DNA of 53,057 nt, counting the filler, from Sphacelaria rigidula (taxonomy: Eukaryota): the NCBI GenBank assembly GCA_964200075.2. It is 4 parts of 4 records of this genome, joined end to end, with 100 filler letters (N's around TTAATTAATTAA, not from the genome) between each part and the next. Parts side by side here need not be neighbours in the genome. Positions count along the whole stretch, not along the records: positions 13,292 to 26,481 come from CAXNAA020003081.1; positions 26,582 to 39,770 come from CAXNAA020003082.1; 2 more parts are not named here. One strand, given 5' to 3'. A model generated the notes under the pieces. That model was given only the letters and a program-made list of their open reading frames with translations. It searched no databases and had not been told where the DNA came from. Position 1 is the first letter of the stretch. Every line of letters begins with the position of its first letter. Below are positions 18,501 through 29,232 of the stretch, one piece after another. The position numbers and the translations under genes were made by a program.

Positions 18501-21500
18501 GTGTTGTCGTACCCAGTTGATTGTGCTTTGGGCCCTGTGTTGGCGTATTTCAAGGTGCGAGTAGACCTTTCAAGTTTGAGGTGAAGTATCTGGGAAACAC
18601 CGATGACAAAAACGCTATTTTGCACCTGAATTGGGGGGGCGGACGAGTCGGGGGTGATGTACTCGCAATATTGCATTTATCATAATACCGTTGACCTCGC
18701 ATCCCTACGAAGCCGGGACGGAGCACGCCGGGTTTCACCGGACCAGGCTCGCAATCAATCACCAAGCGCAAAGCGTCCTGATGTCCTCGGCGAGCCACAC
18801 GAGAGGTGATCTGCATCCTGCTAAGATTGTTCGGCCCAAAGCGTACCGCTTATCTTGCACATGGATGACAGCCTCGAATGAGTTGCTTCGTCTGGTATCG
18901 CCTCTCCCACAGACAGGCACGGGTTACATTGCCTCATGGGTATCTCACCATTGAAACACGCGGCGGGTGGGGAGGTGAGGAGGCCAAGGGTAGGTGCCTC
19001 AAAACAGATACGTGAGTTATCTCGACGTAAAGAGGATTCTGCGTCTTGTGTGAGTACGTGCGTGTGAATGTTGTATTCAAGCATCATATTTCGTTGTTGC
19101 CACAGGAAAGGACGCTGCGTAGTACTAATTTTGTGTAGACGGCGGACTGCCGCTTAGTTTGGATGAGTGATGTTGAATGCCGAACACCCGCGCTGTTGTA
19201 CCTCGTCCCTTCGCAGATAGAGTAGTGGAGCAGTACCGTAGAATACGGTGTATAACACCCTGGGATGATAAGTATTTGGAACTCGAAAAGTCATCATCCG
19301 CAGGTGGTATTATTTCAGGAGGGGGTGATACACTACTTACCCGGGTACAGTACTGTGGGTACTGGTATAAAGTACCGAAAACAGACAAAAGGTTATGACC
19401 AACGGGTGTTTGTTGATCAAAGGGTGTGATGCCACGCAGGGATGATGGTGCACCATTTTCCCGCGGTGTTGGTGACGGGAGGGGTGGGGTATGCCATGTC
19501 GGCCACAGTGACTTAGCGTGATGTGAAAATTAATATAGGGTACAGGACAAAACAGGCAAGCCTTCCCCACTTTCAAAGCGTACCAGGGGGGACTCGGCTT
19601 ATTCCATGGCGACAGAGAAACACTGTTCCCAATGGCGGCTGATCAAGCGCAAATCAGGAGCGATGAGCAAGAGGGTGAGGCAGCGCGTAGTACCTTCTGA
19701 GCCTTGCTAGGGCTGGGTAATGGTACAGTCAGCCAGTATACTGGATCCGCCAGTACCTTGATTCCGCGGTGGTGGGGTTGCATTTCCATGCGATTTGGCT
19801 TCACTAGAGGGGGAAAGTGCTATTCGGCTTCACCTGCGGCGCAATAATTAGATAGTTTTCTGTTGAATAGTGAGGCGTTATTGTGGGACGTACGTATTTT
19901 TTTAGAAGTGGTGGTGGTGGTACTGGCTGGTCTTTTTCCTGTCCAGTACACTGGCAGTGCCAGTAGTAGTACTGCGCGTGTGTACTAGTCCACTGACCAA
20001 CCCTACGGTTTTGTGATGTTTCGCATTCCCATGGCACGTGTCTTTTGCGTCTCTCGCAACGTGAAAAGCACAAAAAAGTCTTCCGAAAATCCATATTCTC
20101 AGCATGGAACTATACCCCTTCCATGAATGAGAAAAACTCTCGACAGTACAACGGACGTTTGGTCACTTTCCATGCATTGCATTCAACGCGTGCATGCTTT
20201 TTCTTTCCCCCTTCCTTTAGTGAATAACCCATGAGGTAGTGTATAATCCATGCCTGTGTGTGGCAGGGGCGATGCCAGAAAAATAAGCAACTTACTCGAG
20301 GCTGTCAGTCATATGCAAGATAATCAGTACCCTTTGGACCGCATAATTCTTCTACCGGACGACAGCAAAAAACGAAATACACGAAAAAAACAAAATCCGA
20401 TCGAATGTTTTTCGCGGCGAGCAGGTCTTCGATCAGATGTTGGACTACAAGTTAACCCCATCGCTCATCACGTTCAACTCCCTCATCGACGCCTGCGCGC
20501 GCATCGGAGATATCAAGCGCGCCCGCTTGATGTTCGAACGCCTGGGGGCGGCAGGGCTGGCGCCCAACGACCGAACGTTCTCTTCGTTGATACACTCACA
20601 CGCCGTGCGGGGTCAGGTACGTTTCTACGGGGCTGTTTTGGCTGCAGCGTTCCTAAATTACGCCCTCACGAGAAATGCTGATAATGGGTTGGGGTGTTTT
20701 TCTTTGTTTTTTTATTTTGTACAGGGGCAGAACAGTGCCCACATGCCTTGTAGAAAACGACAAGACTGCTTTTCCGATTTTGATAACGTCTTGATCACAC
20801 AAGAACAGGTGCTTCAAAAACATCTGTTGGGGAACATGTTATTGAAAAACGGTGATGCCGCTTTTTATGATTTTGATGTGATGAATTATTGTCCTTTCCG
20901 AATTTGTTTTTGCGATGTATAACTCTCCAAGGATAATACGCCGATATAGAATGCAGCTTAGGACCAAATTACGAACTAATCGCATTTGCACATGCCACCC
21001 CCTTTCGGAACACTTTTATTCGATTCATTTCTCAGCTATTGTAGACAAACTACAATGCGGCATAGGACGATCATGAGAAATAATCCTGTTGCACATGCCA
21101 CCCCATTTTGGAACAGTTTTATTCGACACTACTCTCAGGTATTGCAGATAAAATTAAATGCGGCACAGGGCGATAATCCTGTTACACATACCAACCCATT
21201 TCGGAACATTTTTCTTCGATACAATTCTCGGGTTACTTGACAAAATAAACGCGGTAACGATACCCACAGTAGTAATAATCCTATTACATATGCCACCGTC
21301 GGTCTGAGCAATTATTCAATTGAATTTTCTTTTGTCACGACTTAGTCTGCTATGTCGTTCTGTCTGACCCCTCTTTCTTTTTCTTCTGTTCCTTCTTTTT
21401 TTTCTCAGAGCGTGTTCCAGTTTCGTTTTTCTTGGGTAAGTCTATCATGCGACCACGGCTGGACCCCTGGGGGGTCAGTAAAAGTGCGACAATCAATCAA

Positions 21501-24500
21501 TCAAAATCAATCATTTCTCGGGTAATAGGGTAAAAGGTACGTACCGCCAAAGAACAATACTATTTGTAAATGGTCCTACTAGTATTACACCAGGAGTGAG
21601 CCACGGTCGACGCACGTGGCAACAGTGCCGCAAGTATCCGCGCGGCCGGTCTGGAGTGTACGGAGGCTTTGAACAACAAAACGAAAAACAAACCAATGAC
21701 CCAGGCATTGTCCATAGCTTATCGATAGAAGAAGATAATAACGTCTAATCCCACGGCTTACCGTAACCACTACGGAAGAAGTAAAGAGGCCTCACCGTTA
21801 CGGATGCTAATGGGGGGGGGTGTTGGCCTCCGAAAAGTGTCCGACTGTTCGACAACATTCTACCAACCATAACCACATGTTCGTTTCCTTAGATGCGCTT
21901 GATTTTAATATTCATCCTTGACATGCGGGAATCGTGCGATAAGGTGACGCCCTCCTTCTTCAGACGCCGCACACACCTACACACCTCCGATACATTTTGG
22001 CGTCGGGTCGTTTTTCAAGTGCTTCTCAAGCTTTCCGTCAAAAGCTACATAGGAAGGCGTGTTTTTCTGTTTTTTTTCCCATCGCGGGGCGTGCCCTGAA
22101 AAAGGTTACAGCCCGTTGCATTCCAATTCGAAGCACACAGCGCAAAAAAGAGCGCTCGAATCGTATACGTCGCGGAGGAGAACTGGGGTGTAAAAGTCGG
22201 CCCATCAAAAGAGTCTCCTGAGACCAATCCTCCGTTCTCAACAAAAGCAAGAGAAAAATAGCACAGAGGGGATTGGGGAGGAAAGACCAGAGGGGTCTGA
22301 GTTGATGCGTACGTATGACCCTGTTGTTAATCGAACAAAAGTAAGAGCGCGCCGTTATAATGAGAATGATTTTGGCGTTCTTCATGATTTATTCTCCTCT
22401 CGTCCTTCCGATTGGTTGCCCGTCAGCTCTCAACCAATAATGTAGACCCGCCGGTCCAACCGACACTATGTTACGAATTCACCCGCGCAGAAGAGAGCCG
22501 GCACACCATTTTTGAACCCACCCGCGCACAAAATGGCTGGCAGGTAGCGCAGGCCACGGCACGCACACCCACAACCAAGGGCCGGACAAATCACTGATTC
22601 GTCTGGAAATTACTTGGTTTTGGCGTAGGTGATTCGAATCGTACGAATCAATCCCTAGGCTTTGTTTTCAGCATTGCAGCCCAGGTACACGCAACCCAGA
22701 CACGTGGAATGGCGCAAAAGTTGCGTTGATACCCCTTGGACCAGCGGTCAACTTTTGTCGCCCTCTTGGGCAAGCAGGCCGAAGGAATCGTGGATTTGGT
22801 GATTAGAAGCCGTGATGATTCGTCCTAATCGTGCCCACAACACAGCTCACACGCGCACGTGCACAGATCAACTACCACCAGCTAGCGGTGTAGGCCAAGA
22901 GATCATACAAGGGAGAAAGGCTCGACAAACGCACACGAAAGGAAATTTCACCCAAATACTTGTCTTGTTTGAAGGAATACACACCTTCGACAATATATGG
23001 TCAATAGTTGCAGTAGACAAGTAATGTACTGCATAAAGTATGGTTCTATTGCGACTATTGTGGCCCGGCAATAGTTGCGATATGCATATACTTTATGCAT
23101 TACACTTCTCGTCTATTGCATCGATTGACAATATATTGTCCAGGGTGTCTTGGAATATAAATGAAAAACCGCATGACTCTTGCTTTATATTCATACCCAC
23201 TACAAGGCCGGAGTGTGCTCGCCGTTGCGGGTGGCGGGGAGGGGGTTCACCTCCCCGGTGAACACACAACAATCGTTCTGGTATGATGAGAAGAGGCGCG
23301 GGGATGACTTGAAAAAAAACGAGTATTATTTGAGTACAGGAGTATTCGGTACGTGTATGTGTTTTGATTTCGAGACAACAGTATAACAGTCGTGTCGTGT
23401 CGAACACCCGTACACAGTATCTCCCGTATGGTGCTGTCTGTACCCCCACAGTCTGCACCACACCGTGCACTACTGCTGCCTGTATTGGAAACAATGCTGC
23501 GCGGTGTGTGTTTGCTGCTGTGTTGTCACCCCATCTATTTTGGACGCCAGTGACACCTTTCGATATATGAGGGCGCATCGGCCGGGGTCAAACAGGGGGA
23601 CGGCAAACACAGCTTTTTTTTTGTTGTTCTTTGTGAGGAATGATGATGAGTAATTGACGAAGTAAGCATTAAAACTGAAGAAAATGAACATCATTATGAA
23701 CACAGTACTGATCACGTGCATGAGGCGGACGTGGGCGCGCGCAACCCCGCGGGGGAACGGGTTTGGGTTCTGCGCCACCAGCGAGAATAGAAAAAAGAGG
23801 GCTCCCCGCGTAGAATGCTTTTGTGATTTTTGTTCAGCTACGTTGACCACACCGTCATCGTCTTTATTCAATTTCAACGACCATACTGCACGTTCAAAAC
23901 TCACGGGGTAGGGAGGTGAGTAATCCTCGTCTTCTCTTCTCCGTGCACTACTGTTGTTATTTCTGTGTAGTTCGGGTGATGCAGTACACGACTGCGGGTA
24001 TGAGCGACGAACCAAACGCGGCACGAAAAATAGTGAAGTGGAGATCGATAGAGCAGCAGGTAGGGGCAGGTCGATTCAATTAAATATGAGAAAACGTTCT
24101 GAGAGGCGAACACATGCCACTACAGCGATCGTGTGCTTACTGAGTGGAGGAATGGGGTGGTTCTGGCAACATATACAGCTTGTCTAGTGGGCGGTTGGTG
24201 GTAAATCGCACCTAGCATGCCAACTTAAAAATTCAGACCAGCTACTTGTACAGTCAGTATTATATTGTACATCCCTGCTACTACTGTATATATATATATA
24301 TATAACTGCTGCACTTGCTGTCCGGCCTGTGGGGGGAACGGTTCAACTCTCCTCTTCCAGTGTTCTTGCCGTAGTACCGTACCGCTGATCTGGGCAATCC
24401 CGCAAGAGATGCCAGCAAGATTGTCAAGTCCGCTTTGTATGCAGCGATTGCCCTTGTGCGGTAGTTTTGCCTTGTCGTCGATGAAGCAACAGACGGGGAG

Positions 24501-26308
24501 GGGCTGGTGACTTGAAGCAAATATGTGAAACTGTCGTGAGAGGCGGGCGTTAGCCACAACAGCCACGGCGTGTCCGCTATTATACGGTACACACTGACTC
24601 TCTGTTCGCTTTCTCGGGAGAACGCTTCAACTCTCCTCTTTCAGTGTTCTTGCAGTATTTCCGTGACGCTGATCTGGGACATCCCGCAAGGGATGTCAGC
24701 AAGCTGGTTAAGTTCGCTTTGTATGCAGCAATTAATTACCCCTCTTGTGCTGTAGTTTTGGCTTGTCGATGAAGCAGCAGGAAGGGAGGGGCTGGTAAAT
24801 TGCGACAATATGTGAAACTGTCGTGAGGGGGCGAGTATAAAAGCCACAACAGCTACGGTGTGTCCGCTATTATACTTTACATACTGTTGCCCTACTGCTC
24901 TATAAGAAACTATTACACCGACTCTCTGTCCGCTTTCTCGGGGGAACACTGTAACTCTCCTCTTTCAGTATTCGTGGGCCGTAGTACCGTACCGCTGATC
25001 TGGGCGATCCTGCAAGAGATGCTAGCGGGCTTGTTAAGTTCGCTTTGTATGCAGCAAATACCCTTCTTGTGCTGTAGTTTTGCCTTGTCTATGAAGCAGC
25101 AGGCAGGGAGGGGCTGGAGGATTGCAACAAATATGTGACAATGTCGTGAGGGGCGGGCATTGGCCACAACAGCCACGGTGTGTCCGCTATTATACTGTAA
25201 TGCTGCTGTCCCACTACTGTACATATAAAACTACTGTACTGACTGTCTGTCCGCTTCCTGGGAACGCTTCAACTATCCTCTTTCCGTGTTCTTGTCTCAG
25301 TACCGTGCCGCTGATATAGGCGATCCCGCAAGGGGTGTCAGCAAGCTGGTTAACTTCGCTTTGTGTGCGGCAATTACCCTTCTTATGCCGCAGTTTTGCT
25401 TGTCATATAGATAGTAGAGGTCCTGTACACACGCTCGTCCTTCAGTGCTCTCGCCGTACTACGGTACCACTGATCATGCAATCCTGCAAGGGAGCTACCG
25501 TACCGCTGATCATCCGATCCCGTGAAGGAGCTATTACACTCTACATACTGTACTGTAGGGCTACTTTTGTACAGCACATATAAAACCGTCTGCCGTTCAT
25601 GTGGGGCAATGCTTGAGCTCTTCTCCCTCAGTAAAACCCTGGATTGTTTTGCACGGGTGCAGGAAGTAGTATTGGTAGACTCCGGAATACGGCGTATTCA
25701 AAGTCGTGGTGTACACAAAGAACTTGGCAGTTGTGTGACGGGGAACCTTTTGGCCTGCTTGTGCGGGGTAATCGAGAAGAGTGGCAGTTTCTCCTCTTCC
25801 GTCCGAGCGTCTAGTGCAAAATGCTCTTTCGGAAAGGGTCATTTTTATTTGGATAAAGTATGGAAAAACCGGAAGTAAATGTACTGATTCTTGTATCGAG
25901 CGGAGAGGCATTTACGCTATTAATACAATTGATTAATTGATACAATAAATGATTGATGATACAATTGAGGATGAATATTGTGCCACATTTCGGAACATTT
26001 TTTCCCCCCATACATCTCTCACAGGCAATTTGCCAAAATAAAAATGCGCCTCACACAACTAAACGCTTGCGCGCGCGCACACACACACACACGAAAAAAA
26101 GGTGGACGAGGCGTTCGCCCTCTTGAAGGACATGCGCGCTCGTGGGCTTGCCCCGAACCGAGTGACTTACTCGGCTCTCATCAACGCCTGCGGCCGTGCG
26201 GGACAGCTGGCGCGGGCCTTTCAGACGCTGGACGAGATGTGCAGCGCAGGGATCCAGCCGAATGTCGTCATCTGGACCACCCTCATTGATGCCTGCGGCA
26301 AGGGCAAG
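15547..26308 (+). CDS. Pentatricopeptide repeat (PPR) protein, partial (three internal exons)
   Basis: Exons 15547-15688, 20425-20616 and 26102-26308 have AG/GT boundaries and join in frame (DQALK|VFDQM, VRGQ|VDEAF). They encode tandem 35-aa PPR motifs: PDVQAMNSLINAFSKAG, PSLITFNSLIDACARIG, PNDRTFSSLIHSHAVRG, PNRVTYSALINACGRAG, PNVVIWTTLIDACGKG. The 3' end is cut by the contig end; the 5' exon was not identified. Confidence 0.92.
15810..16030 (+). mobile_element. tRNA-derived SINE-like element, family 2
   Basis: GCCCCGG-TGGCTCAGTCGG (A box) and GAGTTCGAACC (B box, 15860-15870); no intact cloverleaf; single copy in this window. Confidence 0.6.
16094..17318. mobile_element. Non-autonomous hAT-like DNA transposon (1225 bp)
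   Basis: TIRs CAGGCTTTTACTTATTATG / CATAATAAGTAAAAGCCTA; exact 8-bp TSD GACCCCGG (16086-16093, 17319-17326); many subterminal GCATAA motifs at both ends; no transposase ORF. Confidence 0.9.
17975..18418 (+). mobile_element. Degenerate 5'-truncated non-LTR retrotransposon (family A) with remnant C-terminal zinc knuckle
   Basis: Frameshifted translation NCPCGK..ESRTNLVVKCEPYNEGRDVL...IAILGDGWWPQ, homologous to 46562-46765 (MAILGDYWWPQ). It ends GTCAATGG...GAGTA followed by a C-rich tail. Confidence 0.75.
18650..18955 (-). mobile_element. Non-LTR-like 3'-end fragment, family B
   Basis: Matches 28785-29100, 30550-31075 and 39871-40180 (TTGACCTCGCATCCCTAC..GGGACGGAGCACGCCGGGTTT..CTGCATCCTGCTAAGA). 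Confidence 0.75.
20988..21297. repeat. Tandem repeat, about 3.2 units of 93-103 bp
   Basis: Units start near 20988, 21091, 21184 and 21286 with CACATGCCACC...TTTCGGAACA...AATGCGG...ATAATCCTGTT; a related solo copy lies near 25980-26050. Confidence 0.8.
22981..23148. mobile_element. ~170-bp fold-back MITE
   Basis: Termini ACACCTTCGACAATATA / TATATTGTCCAGGGTGT; internal arms pair to a centre TATTGCGACTATTG-TGGCCCGG-CAATAGTTGCGATA. Confidence 0.7.
23520..23615. repeat. Dispersed repeat (CCCATCTATT.TGGACG...ACACCTTTCG...GCCGGGGTC..ACAG)
   Basis: Other copies at 26741-26810 and, inverted and split by the hAT element, at 16060-16093 plus 17319-17385. Confidence 0.7.
24318..25535. repeat. Tandem array of ~280-325-bp units (3.5 copies plus short terminal sub-repeats) in a PPR intron
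   Basis: Units start near 24318, 24596, 24920 and 25241; shared blocks GCTGATCTGGG..ATCCCGCAAG, CGCTTTGTATGCAGC, TGTCGTGAG and GTGTCCGCTATTATAC. Confidence 0.92.
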
Positions 26309-26481
26309 GTACCGTAGTAGACGACAGTGTTGAAGAACGATATCTGGATGATGACTCCTGGAAACCCGAAGACTTAGAAGAGGATCTGGGGACGATGTTG
26401 AGAGGGGCGTTGGGGGGGGGGCGTTCTCATGTGTTGCTTGCCTTAGTCGTGTGACCATTGACCACGCATCCCTTTCGAGAC

Positions 26482-26581
26482 NNNNNNNNNNNNNNNNNNN
26501 NNNNNNNNNNNNNNNNNNNNNNNNNTTAATTAATTAANNNNNNNNNNNNNNNNNNNNNNNNNNNNNNNNNNNNNNNNNNNN
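26482..26581. other. Artificial contig spacer N44-TTAATTAATTAA-N44
   Basis: Same 100-nt spacer as 13192-13291. Confidence 0.98.
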
Positions 26582-26652
26582 ATCTCCATGCATACTTTTT
26601 TCACTTGAAATTGATGCCGATTCAACAGAAGACTAACCTCGCGGTCAAAGGG
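26582..26652. mobile_element. piggyBac-like MITE, partial
   Basis: Ends GGTCAAAGGG|TTAA; reverse-complement homologue of 12617-12690. Confidence 0.75.
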
Positions 26653-27432
26653 TTAAGCACGCGGTCCTTTCACGAATTACAATAGGAATGTTTATATTCC
26701 GATGCGGTCCTCTCAGCACCCGCTCCTCTCACGCATTACACCGGTCTACACCTTTCGGTGTATTTGGGTGCACGAGCCGGGGTCGCACAAGAGGAAGACC
26801 AACACAGGAGTTGTTCTTACTTTGTTTGTTTTGCATCTCCACCTTCCTCTTTCTGTGTTTGCCTCTATTTTTTTATTCCGAGAGGGGTTCAGCAATCCCG
26901 TTCCCTCAGAACAGTTGTACAGACTGACAGACTCGAGACATCTGGGGGTTTCCAGGGCTCGGGGGGAAGGTTTTCGAGGGGGGGGCGGGGGGGGGGGGGG
27001 GGATCTCCGCGGAGCACCGGAGAAGCTCACGGAGTCAACCATGTGTGTTTGGAAGTCGCTCGCGGAAAATTATGAGCCATGGACGAGGCCCGAGTGGCGC
27101 GGGACGACCATTCTGACCCATCACGGTAGAGGTAGACATTCGCCGTCTACCCTCAAATCTCATTTTGATCATGCCGAATCAGCCATATATTATATAACCA
27201 GAAAATAGGTGTTCGAGCATCTTCGGTACACTGTGTCTGCCCGTTCAGTACTACCTGAGCGTCCTAGAAGCTCCACACACCCGTCTGGAATAAAACGTCA
27301 TGGCACAACACGCGAGCGGCGGCAAACTATCCTACGCACGTGAATGTAGACAAGTACTTCGACGGTGAGGCGACCGCCATCGCCGAGCAATTGCTGTACG
27401 GTAGATAGGGGTGTCCGCGGCGGTGGTCATGA

Positions 27433-27643
27433 TGTAATGCGTGAGAGGACCGCGTGCTTAGAGGACCGCGCCGTAGTTCATAACACCTTAGGATCGACGT
27501 TTTTCAAAACCAATCGGGCCAGTCCCTGCAGGTACCACGCCCCTGACTATAACCCCAACACTAACCCTGACCCTAACCCTAACCATGGGGATGTTCGAAT
27601 TCCGATGCGGTCCTCTAAGCACGCGGTCCTCTCACGCATTACA
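27433..27643. mobile_element. TGT..ACA MITE with internal telomere-like repeats, copy 2
   Basis: Colinear with 11432-11640; flanks ATGA/ATGG; CTAACCCTGACCCTAACCCTAACC inside. A partial copy at 26654-26740 is followed by CCGG. Confidence 0.85.
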
Positions 27644-28042
27644 ATGGTGCGATATCCAAAGGCACGCTGCGTACATTCGACACGTTCAACACTGTAAGAT
27701 CCGGTACGCTGCAGACCGCACGTGCAGCCGAGGCACGATACACTATATACAGACGGCACAGCAAAAATATGAGGCGTAAATAGCACGGCAATGACGACGG
27801 TCCAGAGAAGTGGGGGGTGGGGTGTGTGTTCAGGAAGCGAACACTTTACCCACTGAACCAGTGAGCGCTCACTGAACAAAAGATATGGAGTTCGAGACTC
27901 AGCATGATCAATTGTGGAAGGAAGAAATTTGAAATGTGGACAGTGAGGCTTGCAAGGGGCAAGAGGCCCCGGAGATCCCTGATGTGTCATGCCGAGATGG
28001 ACCACGCAGCATATCTTTTGTTCAAGAAGCGAACAGTTTCAA

Positions 28043-28104
28043 GAAGCGAACAGTTTACCCATTGAACCAGTGCTCACTGGTTCAATGGGTAAACTGTTCG
28101 CTTC
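28043..28104. repeat. Perfect 30-bp-arm palindrome with 2-nt spacer
   Basis: GAAGCGAACAGTTTACCCATTGAACCAGTG-CT-CACTGGTTCAATGGGTAAACTGTTCGCTTC; a related half copy lies at 27827-27878. Confidence 0.95.
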
Positions 28105-28784
28105 CTGAACAGGGTGAACCCCCCCGATGAGGTGTGTCGTCATGTCGTGCAGTTCGTGTCTTGATACACCTGATATGCTTGTACGTATGGCTGTCCCTCG
28201 AGAAGCTGCAAGATGGAACGTTGCGATTCTTGGTTCTTTAGTTCTTTGGTTGGCGATATTTGGGGCCTTGAGTCTCGCCCGCAGTCGGACCCTGTGTTCG
28301 CATTTCTACTTGTCGCGCGTCGAGTTGGAAAGCCGAGTGCCACCCCCTGAAGTCCGAGTGACCACCTGCGGCACCGGATCTTCTGATGTTAGCCATATAT
28401 ATGTACTCCCGTCCTTCTTTATTATGTATTCCTATTTTGCTTGTATCGCGTTTTGTGAATTTTAATCTCGGTCTAATTTTTTATTTTTGCTATAGCCTGT
28501 GACCACGGAAGGCGTGCGCATCAGATGCCCAGTACGAATGTACCGCGCAGATATCGGAACGGTTTTTTAATGTGAAGACAACAACAATGACAACAACAAA
28601 TAAAGATGCGGTTATTTGAGTAATGTCATGTCTGGAGTGTGTTGGTCTGGGGAATCGTTTGTTGTGTAGTGTTGGTATCTGCTACTGTATATATACGGTG
28701 ATAGTCTGTACATTTCATGTCTAGGTTCTGGCGGCTTGTTTACTGCGTCGTTTCCACTCGACGTCAACCCGGTAGTCTATAGAA

Positions 28785-29100
28785 GGGGGAGGGGGAAGGT
28801 GTACTCATGATCATGCATGCCATAGTCGTGAGACCATTGACCTCGCATCCCTACAAAGCCGGGACGGAGCACGCCGGGTTTCCGCCGGACCAACAGGCTC
28901 GCACGCAAACTACCAAGCGCAAAGCGCCGTAGTGTTCTCGGCGAGTCGCATGAAGGGTGAGCTGCATCCTGCTAAGATTGTTTGGCCCGAAGCCTACTGA
29001 TAATCTTGCATCAGGATGACAGCCAACAATAAGTTGCTTCATTTTCTGGTATCGCCACTTCCAGAGACAGCCACGGCTTATACTCTGCCTCATGGGTGTG
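28785..29100 (-). mobile_element. Non-LTR-like 3'-end fragment, family B
   Basis: The minus strand ends GGATGCGAGGTCAATGG...GAGTACACC followed by a C-rich tail; a family A 3' end lies next to it at 29110-29170. Confidence 0.75.
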
Positions 29101-29232
29101 CCACGGTATGGGGGGGGGGCGTACTCATTTGTTGCTTGCCTTAGTCATTTAACCATTGTCCACCCATCCAAGGGGGGGGAGGAGGTGGACGCACGTGAAA
29201 AAAGAAAGGAAAGACAGTAGTGCGCTGCTTGC

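Noticed and set aside
20988..25535. Tandem arrays as CRISPR-like loci
   Set aside because: Units are 100-320 bp and homologous along their length, with no unique spacers and no cas genes; the context is eukaryotic introns.
12613..26656. Inverted piggyBac-like ends at 12613 and 26656 that seem to bracket the PPR gene as a 14-kb cargo transposon
   Set aside because: The ends lie on different contigs separated by artificial spacers, and the 12617 element has its own right end at 12714.
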